64,000 nucleotides of DNA, taken from Eledone cirrhosa (taxonomy: Eukaryota). Below, piece by piece: positions 28,271 through 42,659 of the stretch. The notes below the pieces were generated by a model, which searched no databases, was not told where the DNA came from, and worked only from the letters and a program-made list of their open reading frames with translations. The DNA is taken from positions 40,238,001-40,302,000 of the forward strand of contig OZ024756.1 of the NCBI GenBank assembly GCA_964016885.1, read 5' to 3'. How positions within the stretch are numbered: position 1 is the stretch's first letter; each line of letters begins with the position of its first letter. The translations under genes and the position numbers were made by a program.

Positions 28271-30151
28271 GTGTGTGTGTGTATATAAATACACACACTC
28301 TCATATGACTGCTAACAGTCCTAAACGAGACGGAAGTATTTTTAGGTCGTGACAACAACAGCAGTAGCTACTTAGCAAAAACAAGGAAGAATAATAAAAA
28401 ATAACGGAATTAAGAGAATACTGAATATCTGGAGAGAAGGAAGGAAAATATATGGCGCGATAGAGGAATGAGTCTTTTTTGATCCGTGTTTTTAGACAAA
28501 AGTGACGAGGGAAGGGAGACAACCGTTGTTACTACGTCATACTGCTTGTCAGCTGATAAGTTAAGATTAGTCAGTCTGTGGAAAACCCGGATAGTTTATT
28601 TTATCAATTCAAGCGTCCGTATAGATCTAATGATCCGTGGTAGACTAGGAAATGTATCTAATATCACTTACCATTAAGAAATAAAGAATATGAGAGACAG
28701 AAAGGGAGGAGGCAAAAGAAACAATTATTTCATGTTTTATAGGAAAACGAAAGACCATCACCTCACAACAAACTAAAGTATTTAGTTCCGTCTATCCTGT
28801 CTGTTAGATATTGACTAAGTTCATCCCAGAAGGAAGTGGAATATAAATATATATATTTCAGGAGGAAACTAATTCTACAGGACTAGCACGGTTTCATTCG
28901 ATTGAAATCATCAGGAAAGGGCATGTTAGACATTTTAAAACACATCATACACCGTTATAAAACATTAGTTTTGATTTTCTAATCTTATCTGTCGTTTGAC
29001 ACTAGTCCGATGACCCATGAACGACCATGTTAGCTAGTAATAGATTTACGAACGACATAACGCAAACACAACTGAATTAAAATAAGAGAAAAAAATTAAC
29101 AAAACATAAGATAAATAAATCTGGAAAATTTAAAAGAAAGAAATCTATTATTTAAAAGAAACAAACCTATGGCTTTTAAAATAATGAATACGTAATTCCT
29201 TTTTTTTCTTTCAGTTCGAAACGGCAAGGAACAGGTTAAAAAATGGTTTAACATCCTGAATGACATTGCGTCCTGTTGAGGAACGACACATATTTGGCGT
29301 CTCATGTAAAAACAACGAAAAACAGCCTGAAACTGCCCCGTCCTATCATACAAAACTATTTAAATGAATTTTTAGAACAGTTAAACGGGTTAAGAACTTT
29401 GAATGTATGTTAGTTTAAAGTTAAGAAGAGTTTTTGTTGATTTGTTAAACAGGCATATAAACTGTTGGACAGCATCGCCTGTAGGACTGGAACAAGTTTT
29501 ATTTTATTTATTGTATTTTATTATATTCTAGCTCTTCCCTATTTCTCATTCTCCATCTTTCTCTGGAAGAAATCTGTATTCGGGCCAGGAGAGATGGGCT
29601 CTGTTAGGTTTTTAAATGCCCTAGAAACGCCGTATGTCCCGGAGTTACGGGACAATGCGTTGGGAGAGGGCGGGGGCTCGTTGAACCCGGACAAAGCAAA
29701 ATAGCAGGACTAACGTGGTTCTAAAGTGGTAACCCCTTTATATATTCCTCGTTGAATTATTTAAAAAAAAAAAAAAAAAAGGAAAAACAGCCGATCGTCA
29801 TAGCGGACCAAGGAAACAATGTTTCCATCTGCCAGTTGTTGTGTTCGGACCTGGTGTACGTATTAATAGCTTGTTATTTTGAAGTCTTCCATTTTAATAG
29901 TCATACATTAAATATCAGACAACTATATAACAAATATGTTAAACTTGGATTAACTAACACAGGTAAACGTATCTTGAACACTGATGAAAACAAAAGACAA
30001 AGGGAGACAACTCTACCAAACGAACTGACTCGCCAGAATCTTAATTGTGATTAGGAATCTAGAGTATGATTCGGTCCTGTATGACCTCAACCGAACTAAG
30101 ATATCCACGTATCGATTAGTACAATTCAACATGTGAATTTAACCTAATTGT

Positions 30152-30182
<31 letters not shown>

Positions 30183-30306
30183 ACAAAGTGGGAAATAGGA
30201 AAAAGTATGACCTCCGACGGCAGAGCTCAAGCCGTTTCGACGGCTATTTCTGGACAGAAATAGACGTCGAAACGGCTTGAGCCCTGCCGTCGGGGTCATA
30301 CTTTTT

Positions 30307-30399
<93 letters not shown>

Positions 30400-30478
30400 A
30401 ATAAACTTTTTTTAGCATTAAATGTATATTGGGTTAAAACTAATTGATTTCAAGGCACAACCTAAACATAAATGTGTG

Positions 30479-30512
<34 letters not shown>

Positions 30513-31817
30513 ATCATTTGAACATCTGACTGATAAAATGACAAGTCAGTCAATCATATTGGTGGCCTCCCCACAGCCCTGGCGGACAGACTGGAGAAGG
30601 CGTTTCCCCGGAAGACGGCAAGGGAGACTCGCTGGAAAAGCCATTCCAGCTCGCGAAGCTCACACCTGCGGCTGCCAGCTCAGTGCATATGGTAGTGAGT
30701 AGGGAGGTAGCCCTAGGGCCGAGGACACCAGAAGTCTCCACTGCCAAGGGTACAACTGCAAACCTGTAGGAGAGCGCCCGGTACTTGAAGAATTTGGCCT
30801 CCTCAGCCCAACGTGCAGCAGAACCCATGGGTTAGTTGCAGGTTTGGAACATAACTTAACAAATGTTCTTACATAAGATTATGACGGACGGTTATTAGAT
30901 AAATATACTTTAACGTATACAGCTTTATATGATAGAACCAAGGGAAGTTTCAAACGGCTATTATTCTCAGGGAGATTCAGTATGTGAGTCTTGACAAGGC
31001 TAGTCCTTTGAATTACACGAATAGTTCACCCATCTGCCAGTTCACCGCCTATAAGGAATAGCTCAGGAATTACGACCAGTAACATTTTATCGGTGTCTAT
31101 AACAGCCAGAATCTCCTACAAACAATATCAGTCTGTTGTAGAGTTTATATGAAATATTCTATTAATAAGCCACCATACAACTCTCATTCTTAGCTTCTCA
31201 TTGTCATATTCTTTCCACCTGTAAACAAAACATCAGTTCACACCTATATGAAATTTTAACAGAATGTGTCGCCCGCTCCAGGTATCGAAAACCTCCACCT
31301 TATGATCGTAAGTTCAACACCCCTCCTCTACACACACAACAGATCCCCACTTCCACGCACGTATCTGACCTCTTCTTTAAATATATTATTACACACATCC
31401 CTTAACAGATTAAGCTCTTTACCAACCAATACACTTTACTACACACACACACACACCAGTACACCTTACTAGACACACACACAGCAAAAGGGACGGACAG
31501 GAAGTCAGATTAATAACACGGTATTCCTATAGAGGAAGACTTCCTCATTTCCGTTCCCGACAACAATCCCCTACCCCACTTCTCAACCCAAACACGGAAA
31601 GAAGGTGGTGGGTGGCCAGGCTTAATTGGACCCGCCACCCCTTCCTAGTGGGAAGGGGGTGTCTGAGCTTAATTGGAGAGAATATTATAAAACGTTCTAG
31701 AATTTTTAGCACACCTGTTTAAGGTCAATCACTTAACTTGGGTCCCCACCCCCGACAATCACTTCACGTTAACCCCACCACCACTGATTAAATCTTTTAA
31801 CACACACACACACACAC

Positions 31818-31848
<31 letters not shown>

Positions 31849-34800
31849 CAGTAACAATAATAAATGTGAAGACTAAAATCCAAAGCGGGCTCGATAAGGA
31901 TAAATATATATCAAATAAATAAAAACCGTAGAGCAAATATTTATTTAAATAACAGATTAAAGTTTAAGCAAAGAATCGCTGCTTTCACCCTTAACGGGAT
32001 CTTCTGAAACTAACAAAGTCAATCTGTGAACGCAGAAGTGAATATTTCAAAAAACGTTGCAACCAGAGGAAGACGATACTTTGGTTCGTGGAAACGTTCC
32101 CTGGCAACGTTTTTTCCCGTTCTTTGCCAGGGAACGTTTCCACGAACCAAAGTATCGTCTTCCTGTCTTCCCCCGGTTGCAACGTTTTTTGAAATATTCA
32201 CTTCTGCGTTCACAGATTGACTTTGTTAGTTTCAGAAGATCCCGTTAAGAGTGAAAGCAGCGATTTTTTGCTTAAACTTTAATCTGTTATTTTAATAAAT
32301 ATATATATATATATATATATATAACGAAGGAAGTGTGGTAAGGAACCAGGTGGACCATAACGCACCGGAGTACTCAATACTTAGGGTAGTAGAGTGGGTA
32401 ATAGGAAAATGTTCAAATGGTCCAGAAATAGCCGTCGAAACGGCTTGAGCTCTGCCGTCGGGGTCTTGAACATTTTCCTATATATATATATATATAGTAA
32501 TAATAATAAATGTGAAGACTAAAATCCAAAGAGGGCTCGATAAGGATAAATATATATCAAATATATAAGAAGCATAGAGCAAATATTTATTAAAATAACA
32601 GATTAAAGTTTAAGCAAAGAATCGCTGCTTTCACCCTTAACGGGATCCCGTTAAGGGTGAAAGCAACGATTCGTTGCTTAAACTTTAATCTGTTATTTTA
32701 ATAAATATATATATATATATATATATATAAACACACACACATATATATACACACCTATGCAAGCAAGGAAAAGCGGACGTAAAACGATGATGATTATATA
32801 TATATATATATATAAACAACACACACATACAACAATGATGATGATGATGATGGTTCCACCCTCACTTCCAATTCAATTAACACGTGTATCCTGAATGTAA
32901 ATTGCCGAACCAAATCAGCTCTTCCAACGATCGAGAGGAGATTGTTTAACTTCAGTAAGTGGATATTAATGCCAAATATTTCAGGGTAAGTTATGGGACG
33001 TTTTGTGATTGAGGAAGTTCTATGTTCTACTAGGAACTATGCAATGTCTTACAGATGATGTGAGTATAGTTGCGAACTAGGATGGCTTATGAACATATGA
33101 ATTATAGTCCACGTGTTTGATGACATATGGAATATACACACTCACACACATGTATATATATATATATATATACAAATTATTATTTATATATATATATAAA
33201 TATTAAAATATTATATATATATATATATACAAATTATTATTTATCTATATATATATATATATATATATACAGTAAAATTCCGTTATAACGAAATTCACGT
33301 GGTATAAAAAAAATCCACTGTAAATTTCTTTATAACGAGATCGACCTAACACATCGAGCGTGTAGCCGGGATTGAAAAAAAAATTCGTTATGCTGAAAAA
33401 TTAGTTATAATGGTATTTGTTATAACGGAATTTTACCTGTATATATATCATTTCATGTGCTGTTCACATTTCATCGTTACTCCGTAAACGATGGGTGGCT
33501 TGTAAGGTATGGCTGCTATTTTCAGCAGTACAAGCGACTGTTTAGAGACCCTCTCACTACCTCGTCAGGCCATGTGTCGTGTGATCGAGAGAGAGAGAGA
33601 GGAATCGTTATGAAAAATGATGGAAGCAGGATGTTCTACCATTCTACCACCACCCCCAACACTACTACCACCACCCCCAACACTACTACCACCACCACCA
33701 CCACCACCACTGATATGCAGACTTAAATGGCTGGCATCCCTATGTATTCACCGTCCTCGGTATTTACAACTTTTACACCCTTTCAAGGAGTCAACCTCGC
33801 ATCACCCACCACCAACACCACCATCCCATATTCTTGAAGTGTTGGGGTCGATAAAATCGACTTGTTTAGTGAGAGAGGGGAGGGAAAATCCCAGTGGTAG
33901 GAGACCCAGAGTTAGACCCTCCGAACAAGATGGGTTGGATAACATCCATGAGGTCGGTTGATCTCGCTTGGGGATCAAGCCGGATCATTTGGAAACAGTT
34001 TGCGACTGTTTTCAGGACCTCTAAGACTAGTGAGTGGGTGGAGAAAGAAAGAAGGTAACCCTTGTAGCAAGAGTTGCCTCCCCAGTCAAAATACTGGGAT
34101 CGATTACAATCGACCCCCCCACCCCCCCAAAAAAAAAATTGCCGGTCATATGTGTAATTAAGAGTGTCAGACACCATGCTTTGCAACATAGAGTTGCGGC
34201 CCTTTGCAGTTTGAGTTCCTTACTGGGTCGATAAAATTGAGTACCAGTAATGACCTGAGTAGATTTTAGCGACTTTCCCCTTTCCCAAAATTGCTGGCCT
34301 TGTGCCTAAATCAGAAACCATTATTATAAAGGTAGGGAATATTAAAACATAGATTTAACACACAAGTTTATTTATTTCCCCCACTAATTATCAAGACAAT
34401 TTAAACCTTAAACCAAACCCACTGTATTTACCGGCGGTAAAATAAGCTTTAAAAATGTTTGTCTATTTTACCGAGACCCGCAAAGTAGCCTTTCGAAATT
34501 AGAAACCATTGGAAAAATCGGTAGAACGTTAGACTACATTTCTTTACGTTTTGAATGCTGCAGAGGTCAACTTTGTATTTCATCCTTCAGGGGTATATAA
34601 AATACCCCTACCAATTATATTCCGTTGTCGTCAACACCAACTGAGAATACGTGACAACAGAACAAGTGACTTTTATTGATTCTGTTCGAGGTTTTTATTT
34701 AATCGCTCTATTTCAGTAATTCATCTTAGAAAATAGCAAAAAAACGCACACTTTATCTTGTAACATATTGAACGTATGATGTTTAGCCCCGTGTCAGCTC

Positions 34801-36583
34801 TAATGTAAAGGTATTCTAGTCGTGACCAATAGTCATTTTTAGGGGCTTTCTAAGTCTACATTAAGTAATGTCTTCCTCCCGTATGGATATTTGGCTGCTA
34901 TTTCTAGCAAGTTGAACGACCACATAGAGGCTCTTCCCACATGGAAATCGTTCGTAAGTGTTAAATCATGACGGTAAAATAATTCCTCCCGGGCAGGGCA
35001 ACAGTGTACCCGAGGTAATATTGACAGGGTCGGAGGAAGATTTCTACGTATTCAGAACAGCCGGCTGGAACAGGGCGCGTAGATTTAAATATAGTGTTTA
35101 AACAACGAAATGCCGGCAATGAATTCGAAATGGCACCGTAAACCGAGGTCAATGCCATCTAACACTTGACATACATAGCGTATATGATGTGTACTTGTAC
35201 AAGATATACATACATAGCGTATATGATGTGTACTTGTACAAGAATATACATACATAGCGTATATGATGTGTGTACTTGTACAAGAATATACATAGCGTAT
35301 ATGTGTGTACTTGTACAAGAATATACATACATAGCGTATATGATGTGTGTACTTGTACAAGAATATACATAGCGTATATGTGTGTACTTGTACAAGAATA
35401 TACATACATAGCGTATATGATGTGTGTACTTGTACAAGAATATACATAGCGTATATGTGTGTACTTGTACAAGAATATACATACATAGCGTATATGATGT
35501 GTGTACTTGTACAAGAATATACATAGCGTATATGTGTGTACTTGTACAAGAATATACATACATAGCGTATATGATGTGTGTACTTGTACAAGAATATACA
35601 TAGCGTATATGTGTGTACTTGTACAAGAATATACATAGCGTATGTGCTTCTACAATACACACACACATATATATACATACATACATAGCATATATGCTAT
35701 GCGTGCTAGTACAAGGGTGTCCCTAAAAATGTATTCACACTTTGATTAGAATGCTGTTGAGGTGTATGTACATTTTGGGGGGACACTGTATATATATATA
35801 TATAGAACTAGCTGTTGCAAGAGCTCAGCCGTCGAGGTCCTGCCTTATTCTTATAACCATACTCTACTACCCCAAGTATCGAGTACTCTGGTGAGTAATG
35901 GTCTAACCAGTTTCTTAGGGAATCCATCCCGACACACACACGCACACATATATATATATATACACATACATACACAAAATTGGTGGGACCCAAACTCTTT
36001 AGCTAATGTTATCGGAAAGGCTTCGTCCCAAAGTGATTACAAAAAGCGGCTGCTGCTGCTGCTGCTACTACTACTACATAGATAGTAGCGGTAGTAGTAG
36101 TAGTATTGGTGGTAGTTTGGGACCCAGTCATTTTATTAATTCACTTGACATATATACTGCATGCGTGTACAAGAATGTGCTTTTTTAAATATGTGTATAT
36201 ATGTCTATACAGGATATCCGTAGATAAAAGGCAAATAAAAAAAAAATATGCTCAATCTATAGATTATCTTAAAGTTCATACACTTAATATGTATGAGCGA
36301 CCTTAGATGTTGGTGGTCCAGTTATGGCCACCACTACATAATGGAGCGGTTCTAAAACTGGTCATTCCCGTTAGTGGTCGCCACAACTGGACCCCGAAAC
36401 CTGAAGACGCTACTTTAATATAAACTACACATATATATATATATAGTAGCCTGGAACTAGTTTTGAAACGGCAAGAGCTCAGCCATTGGGGTCCCAACTC
36501 TTTATAATATATATATATTCCACTCTCAAGCGTGAACCTAATACTAACATTTTGTACTGCACTCTTCGTTATTGTTCTTGTTT

Positions 36584-36622
<39 letters not shown>

Positions 36623-38788
36623 GGTAAACGAGTATATATATATACACGTTTACCCTTTTACCTGTTCCAGCCATCCGGCTGAGGCCATGCTAGAGCACCG
36701 CATATATATATATATATATATATAGTAGACACCAATTGTGATCAGTCACTTTGGAATTAAACCATTCCGATAATAAATAAAGGAAGGGTTTGAGTGAGGA
36801 GCCAGTAATTTTATTTACAATAAGTTGATAACATCCGCGATTATAATAGGCGGCTTCCATTGTATAATCTAATCTAAGAGAGATGTCGGCTGCACTAATC
36901 TATGTTCACCGTTTAGTCATATATTTTCTCCTTCCGTTCGCATCACTAACAGTAAATCACTAGACTGGAGTGGCACGGTTGGCTGGCTGAAGTTGTGGAA
37001 ACAACGAAGCCGATGCATGAGAAGTGCTCAATGCATCTTGTCTCCCCCTCCTCCTTAAATATATCTGACTTGGCTCCCATTGATCGCTTCACGTAATTAA
37101 GAGTGAGAGAGAGTTGGGTGGAATGACAGAGAGAGGAGGGGGAGAAAGGTGAAGACGTCCATAAAAGGCGGAGGAATGAGACGGCGATGTCATCGTCTCA
37201 CTATCTCGTCTCCACTTAATTTCAAAGGTTTGCCTCGTACAAACACACGAGTACACCTACCACCAACTCACTAAATACACACACAGCCATAAATACTCAC
37301 AACAGCAATGTCACCCTAACCGGTAACCCAGAGTACACAATTCTCTTTTTAAGTACAAGCTTAAACAAAAATTGTACATACCATATCCCCCACCCCTAAA
37401 TACTATTTAACGTATTAAAAAAAAACAATTGTTTCTGATTTAGACACAGGCTGACAATTTAGTGGACGTAGAAAGTCGATTAAATCAACCTCAATGCGTT
37501 ATAGGTACTTTATTTTATCGACCCCGTAAGGATGAAAGGCAAATGTGATACACGCGTGATTTGAACTCAGAACGAAACAGCCAAAAGCGATCATCTCAAG
37601 GCATTTTCTTAATAATAATAATAACGAAAAAAGCAAAACAAACAAAAACGATCAGATATTTACAGACAAAAGATTTAAAACTTAATCACCTTACCAAGTC
37701 ACTTTCACATTCTTTTTATTTAAAAAACAAATAACATTTTGGGATCGGTCTTTTTTTTTGTCAACATAAATTGTTAAAGTTCAGAATTTATTAATATTTA
37801 AATATTTAGAGCATTTCCTAAAAAATCTTCCAACAATAGTCAATACAGGTCTCAACAACATAATTTAATTATTGAAAATTCAGGAATAACACACACCCAC
37901 ATTCATATATGAATAAACGTATCTAATAACTTTAACTTGATTCTCCTTTAAATTCTGATTATATATATGGGTTGAAAATCTTTATATCTACACAACTTTT
38001 CGTACGTATTGAGTACACTGAGATCATTCAAAGTTTTAATTTGGTTCTCTTAAAATAAGGAAGAGTACATCTTCCAAAGAAAGTCCTGGAACGGTTAATT
38101 AAAGAATCGTGGGAAGCTTCACTGCCTGGATGATAATACAAGGAGAAAAGGAGGGGGACAAAACATACAGAGGAGATTCTATGTTTACTACAGAATATAT
38201 TGCATTTCCACCGGCATAGGCTGAAAAAGTTGGTCCTCCAAGCCAACGAAACGTACGTTCATGGTATGGCTCTGTTGTAGTAACTGGCCTTAATAACTAT
38301 ATTAAAACTCACCCTACGGACTTGAATTGCACCTATACCTTGGATATTTCTACCAAGTTATTACCACTATATATGTATATATATAATTGGAAATCAGTAA
38401 AATCGAATCTCTGGCTGTTTGCAAGTAAATTCGGCCTACTTATATGAAATGATGATTATATATATATATATATATATATAGTTATGTAATAAACAACAAG
38501 GCAATTATTCCATTTACCAGTGGTTTCTTAAAAGCAAAAAATTTTGCTTTCAATCATCAGAATGAAAAAATACAGGTCTGTTTATTGAATTTGGTTTTTA
38601 AAATCCAAATTCAATAAACAGACCAGGACTTTTTCATTCTGATGATTGAAAGCAAAATTTTTTGCTTTTAAGAAACCACTGGTAAATGGAATAATTGCCT
38701 TATGTTGTTTATTACATAACTAATAAGCTCTGTTACCTACATAGAGCACTCTTTTTTCCTGGACTTTTCCGACGGAATTACTTCATTC

Positions 38789-38825
<37 letters not shown>

Positions 38826-40183
38826 GGTAAGATACCAGTTAGACCAAAACGCACCAGAGTACTCGAGTGGGTAATAGGAAAAGAGTCAGGACTCCGGTCG
38901 TTTCAACAGCTAGATCCGAACTAAGCCAGTCGTATTAGAACGGCGGGAATTAAAAAAAGACAACTCCTAGTCTGCTCACCATTAGTATCGTTGTTTCTTC
39001 TCTTTATTGTTAGATGAAGCAATGTTTTGTGCTGTAGGAAAGTTTAACTGTTTCTCTTGATGATATTGTGGTGGAAAGTGTTTATCGAACATCTTCCCAA
39101 TTGGTGTTGCAACCTCGGCATTGTGTGTGTGTGTGGGGGGGGGGGGGGGTGAACCACATTACGTGGCGTGAGCGGTGGTGTCGCCTGCTGGATCCGCTAG
39201 AAGGGCCTGGATAATAGGAAATGTCCTGCCGGAAGCCGCTTCTTTTTAGGGTCTGATTGTAATATGGCACGTGTTCATTGAAGATCTGCTCCTTTGTGGA
39301 CAAGCGTGATATACGGAGGGAGATATTTTTTACTAAGTTGTTGGTAATGATCCTAGGATGGTTAGAACTACGGTGGATATAGTGTAGGTTCTCATTAGGT
39401 TTCCTATAGGGATAGTACAAATTGTTCTCCAGGTTGAGAGTAACATCCAGAAAATTGAAACGGGTAAGGGACGTCTGCAGGGTGGTTTTGAAACCTAAAT
39501 CCCGGAAGAATTTAACCATGTACATGACATCCCAAATCATTGAACACTCCCCGTGACAGACAAGAAAAACAATAATTTTTTTAGGATTGTTTGCTTTGAT
39601 ATTTCATTTCTGCTTCTTCTTTTTTTACTACATGCCCATATATGGACTGTACCCCATGATAAGTTCAGCTAGATTCCTGCCGTTCTAATACTGCTGGCTT
39701 AATTCGGATCTAGCTGTCGAAACGACCGGAGCTCAGCCGTCGGGGTCCGGACTTTTTCCTATATAGAGGGAGAGGGGGGAAGATAGAGGAGATTTAGACT
39801 AAGAATAGAGGGAGAAGAAAGACAGACTATAAGAAGGTGATGGAGGGAGAATGTCAGAGAGTAACATGAAAGTAAAAGAGGTGGAGGAGAGTGAAAGTAA
39901 AAAAAGAAGTAGAGAAAGAATGAATGACACGAAGGAAGCGGGGGGGAGGGGGTAAAAAGGAAGTGAGAAAGAAAGGAGGAGCAGCAAGACAGGAAGAGGA
40001 GTAGAGAGAGAGAAGAGAGCGTGAAAGGATCAAAGAGAAAGAATGCGGCTCACACGGAGAAAGGCAGTAAGAAGAGAGAGAGGGTGAAAAAGAAAGGCAG
40101 AAAGACAGGGACTCAGTGAGGATGAAATAGACGAAAGAAATATACACACATACACAAATAACGCTGCAACATCGTACAATATA

Positions 40184-40235
<52 letters not shown>

Positions 40236-40344
40236 AATGTATATAGTGTTCGAGAGAAAGATTTACATGTAAAGAGAAACGAGATGACAAAGTAAAAAGA
40301 CTTTACTACATACATGTATGTATATCTGATTATATATATATATA

Positions 40345-40378
<34 letters not shown>

Positions 40379-42456
40379 CAGATTACACGGAAATAACAGG
40401 AACAAAAGGAAGGAAAAAAAAAGATTCTTTATTGTAAAGTTGAATTTATTTTTTCTATAATTCTTATCTTTTCATTTTTTAACAACTATATCACAGATGT
40501 TCTATACCAGACATCCAGTGTGTATATACACACACACACACATATATATATATGAGCGAGAGAGGTAGATGAAGAAATTTAAGAAACATCTACTTTATTT
40601 AAATGGCTAATTATTTTCACTTACCGTTTGATGAAGATTTCACCGATGAATGAGAAGTCTAGGAAAGAGAAGAAAGAGAGGAAACGATGATAGCAATAAG
40701 AATAAGGATAATAATTGTGATGATAGTAGTTTATTTTAGATAAAAGGAATGAAAAGCCAGCAAAAGCGTAAAAAAAAAAAGGGATAGAAAAAAAAAGATA
40801 GACTAGATTCGGTTTTTTTCACATCGATGGTTTCGTCGGAGATTCTTAGTTAAAAAGATTGTATCTTGTAATCTATTATTACATGAGCAGGAGAGAAGAG
40901 AGATAGAAGATAAAGAAATTATAAAGAGGAAAAATAGAGAACAATTAGCAAAAGAAAAGAAGAAAAAAGTGAGGAGAGACGTGGGAGATAAGTGCGGCTT
41001 TTATTACATTTTATATTGTCTCAGAAAAGTGTAATTAAGGAGAAATATCTTCCACGTAGCGGAGTTTACTGTTGTTTTTGTATTGATACACACACACACA
41101 CATATATATACACACACACACACATATATACATACATATACACACACACACACATATATACACACACATATATACATACATATATACACACACACATATA
41201 TACACACATATATATATATATATATATACATACACATATATACATACACATATATACATACATATATACACACACACATATATACACACATATATATATA
41301 TATATATATACATACACATATATACATACACATATATACATACACATATATACATACACACATATATGTATACACATATATATACACACATACATATACA
41401 CACACATATATATATATATACACATATATATACACACATATATATATACACATACATATATATATACACATACATATATATATATACACATACATATATA
41501 TATACACATACATATATATACACATACATATATATATATACACATATATATATACACATACATATATATATACACACATATATATATACACATATATATA
41601 TACACATATATATATATACACATATATATACACATATATATATATATACACATATATATATATACACATATATATATATATACACATATATATATATATA
41701 CACATATATATATATACACATATATATATATACACATATATATATATACACATATATATATATACACATATATATATATACACATATATATATATACACA
41801 TATATATACACATATATATATATACACATACATATATATATATACACATACATATATATATATACACATACATATATATACACATTATATACACACATAT
41901 ATATATATATACACACATATATATATATATATATATACACATATATATATATATACACATACGTTATTCCGGGTTGAATCGGAGGTAACCACAGTAAGTA
42001 AGGTACTCAATACATAGCAGAGTACACATATATATATATATACACACACATATATATATACACACACATATATATATATACACACACACACACATATATA
42101 TATACACACACACATATATATACACACACACATATATATATATATACACATATATATATATATATATATATACATAATACACACACATGTGAGTGTGTGT
42201 GTGTGTGAAAGCAATTCACCCCCCCCCCCCCTTCCACGTCTGATTCCTTAAGACACTTTCGTCTGAACAGAAGTATTGATGATGAACATATAAACAATTA
42301 TACACGTACAAATGTATAAATATGTATATATATTTATATACACACAATATAAATGAAGGTTACATCAGTCATGTAAAAGACATTGACGATTTCGCTTGTA
42401 TATTACTTCATGTGTATATAGCACACACATGTACATATATAAATAAATATATACAC

Positions 42457-42487
<31 letters not shown>

Positions 42488-42498
42488 TATACACACAC

Positions 42499-42529
<31 letters not shown>

Positions 42530-42578
42530 TATATATACACACATATATATATATACACACATATATATATATATACAC

Positions 42579-42659
<81 letters not shown>

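Larger units (their letters stand above)
38481..38720. mobile_element. Palindromic element (about 115-bp arms) with two opposed canonical hammerheads
   Basis: Near-perfect inverted repeat centred near 38599, adjoining (TA)n. Confidence 0.85.

Noticed and set aside
28665-28745. Strong ATG|GTAAGT donor on the minus strand in TOP1 intron 2
   Set aside because: The phase does not fit exon 3 if that ATG is used, and the upstream ATG hits TAA at once. A non-coding alternative first exon cannot be excluded.
31991-32248. Four mirror-image ORFs of about 64 aa
   Set aside because: They are a by-product of the DNA palindrome and show no recognisable protein motif.
37688-37770. TTG|GTAAGG donor on the minus strand as an extra TOP1 exon
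   Set aside because: Nearby ATGs run into stops and there is no convincing acceptor.
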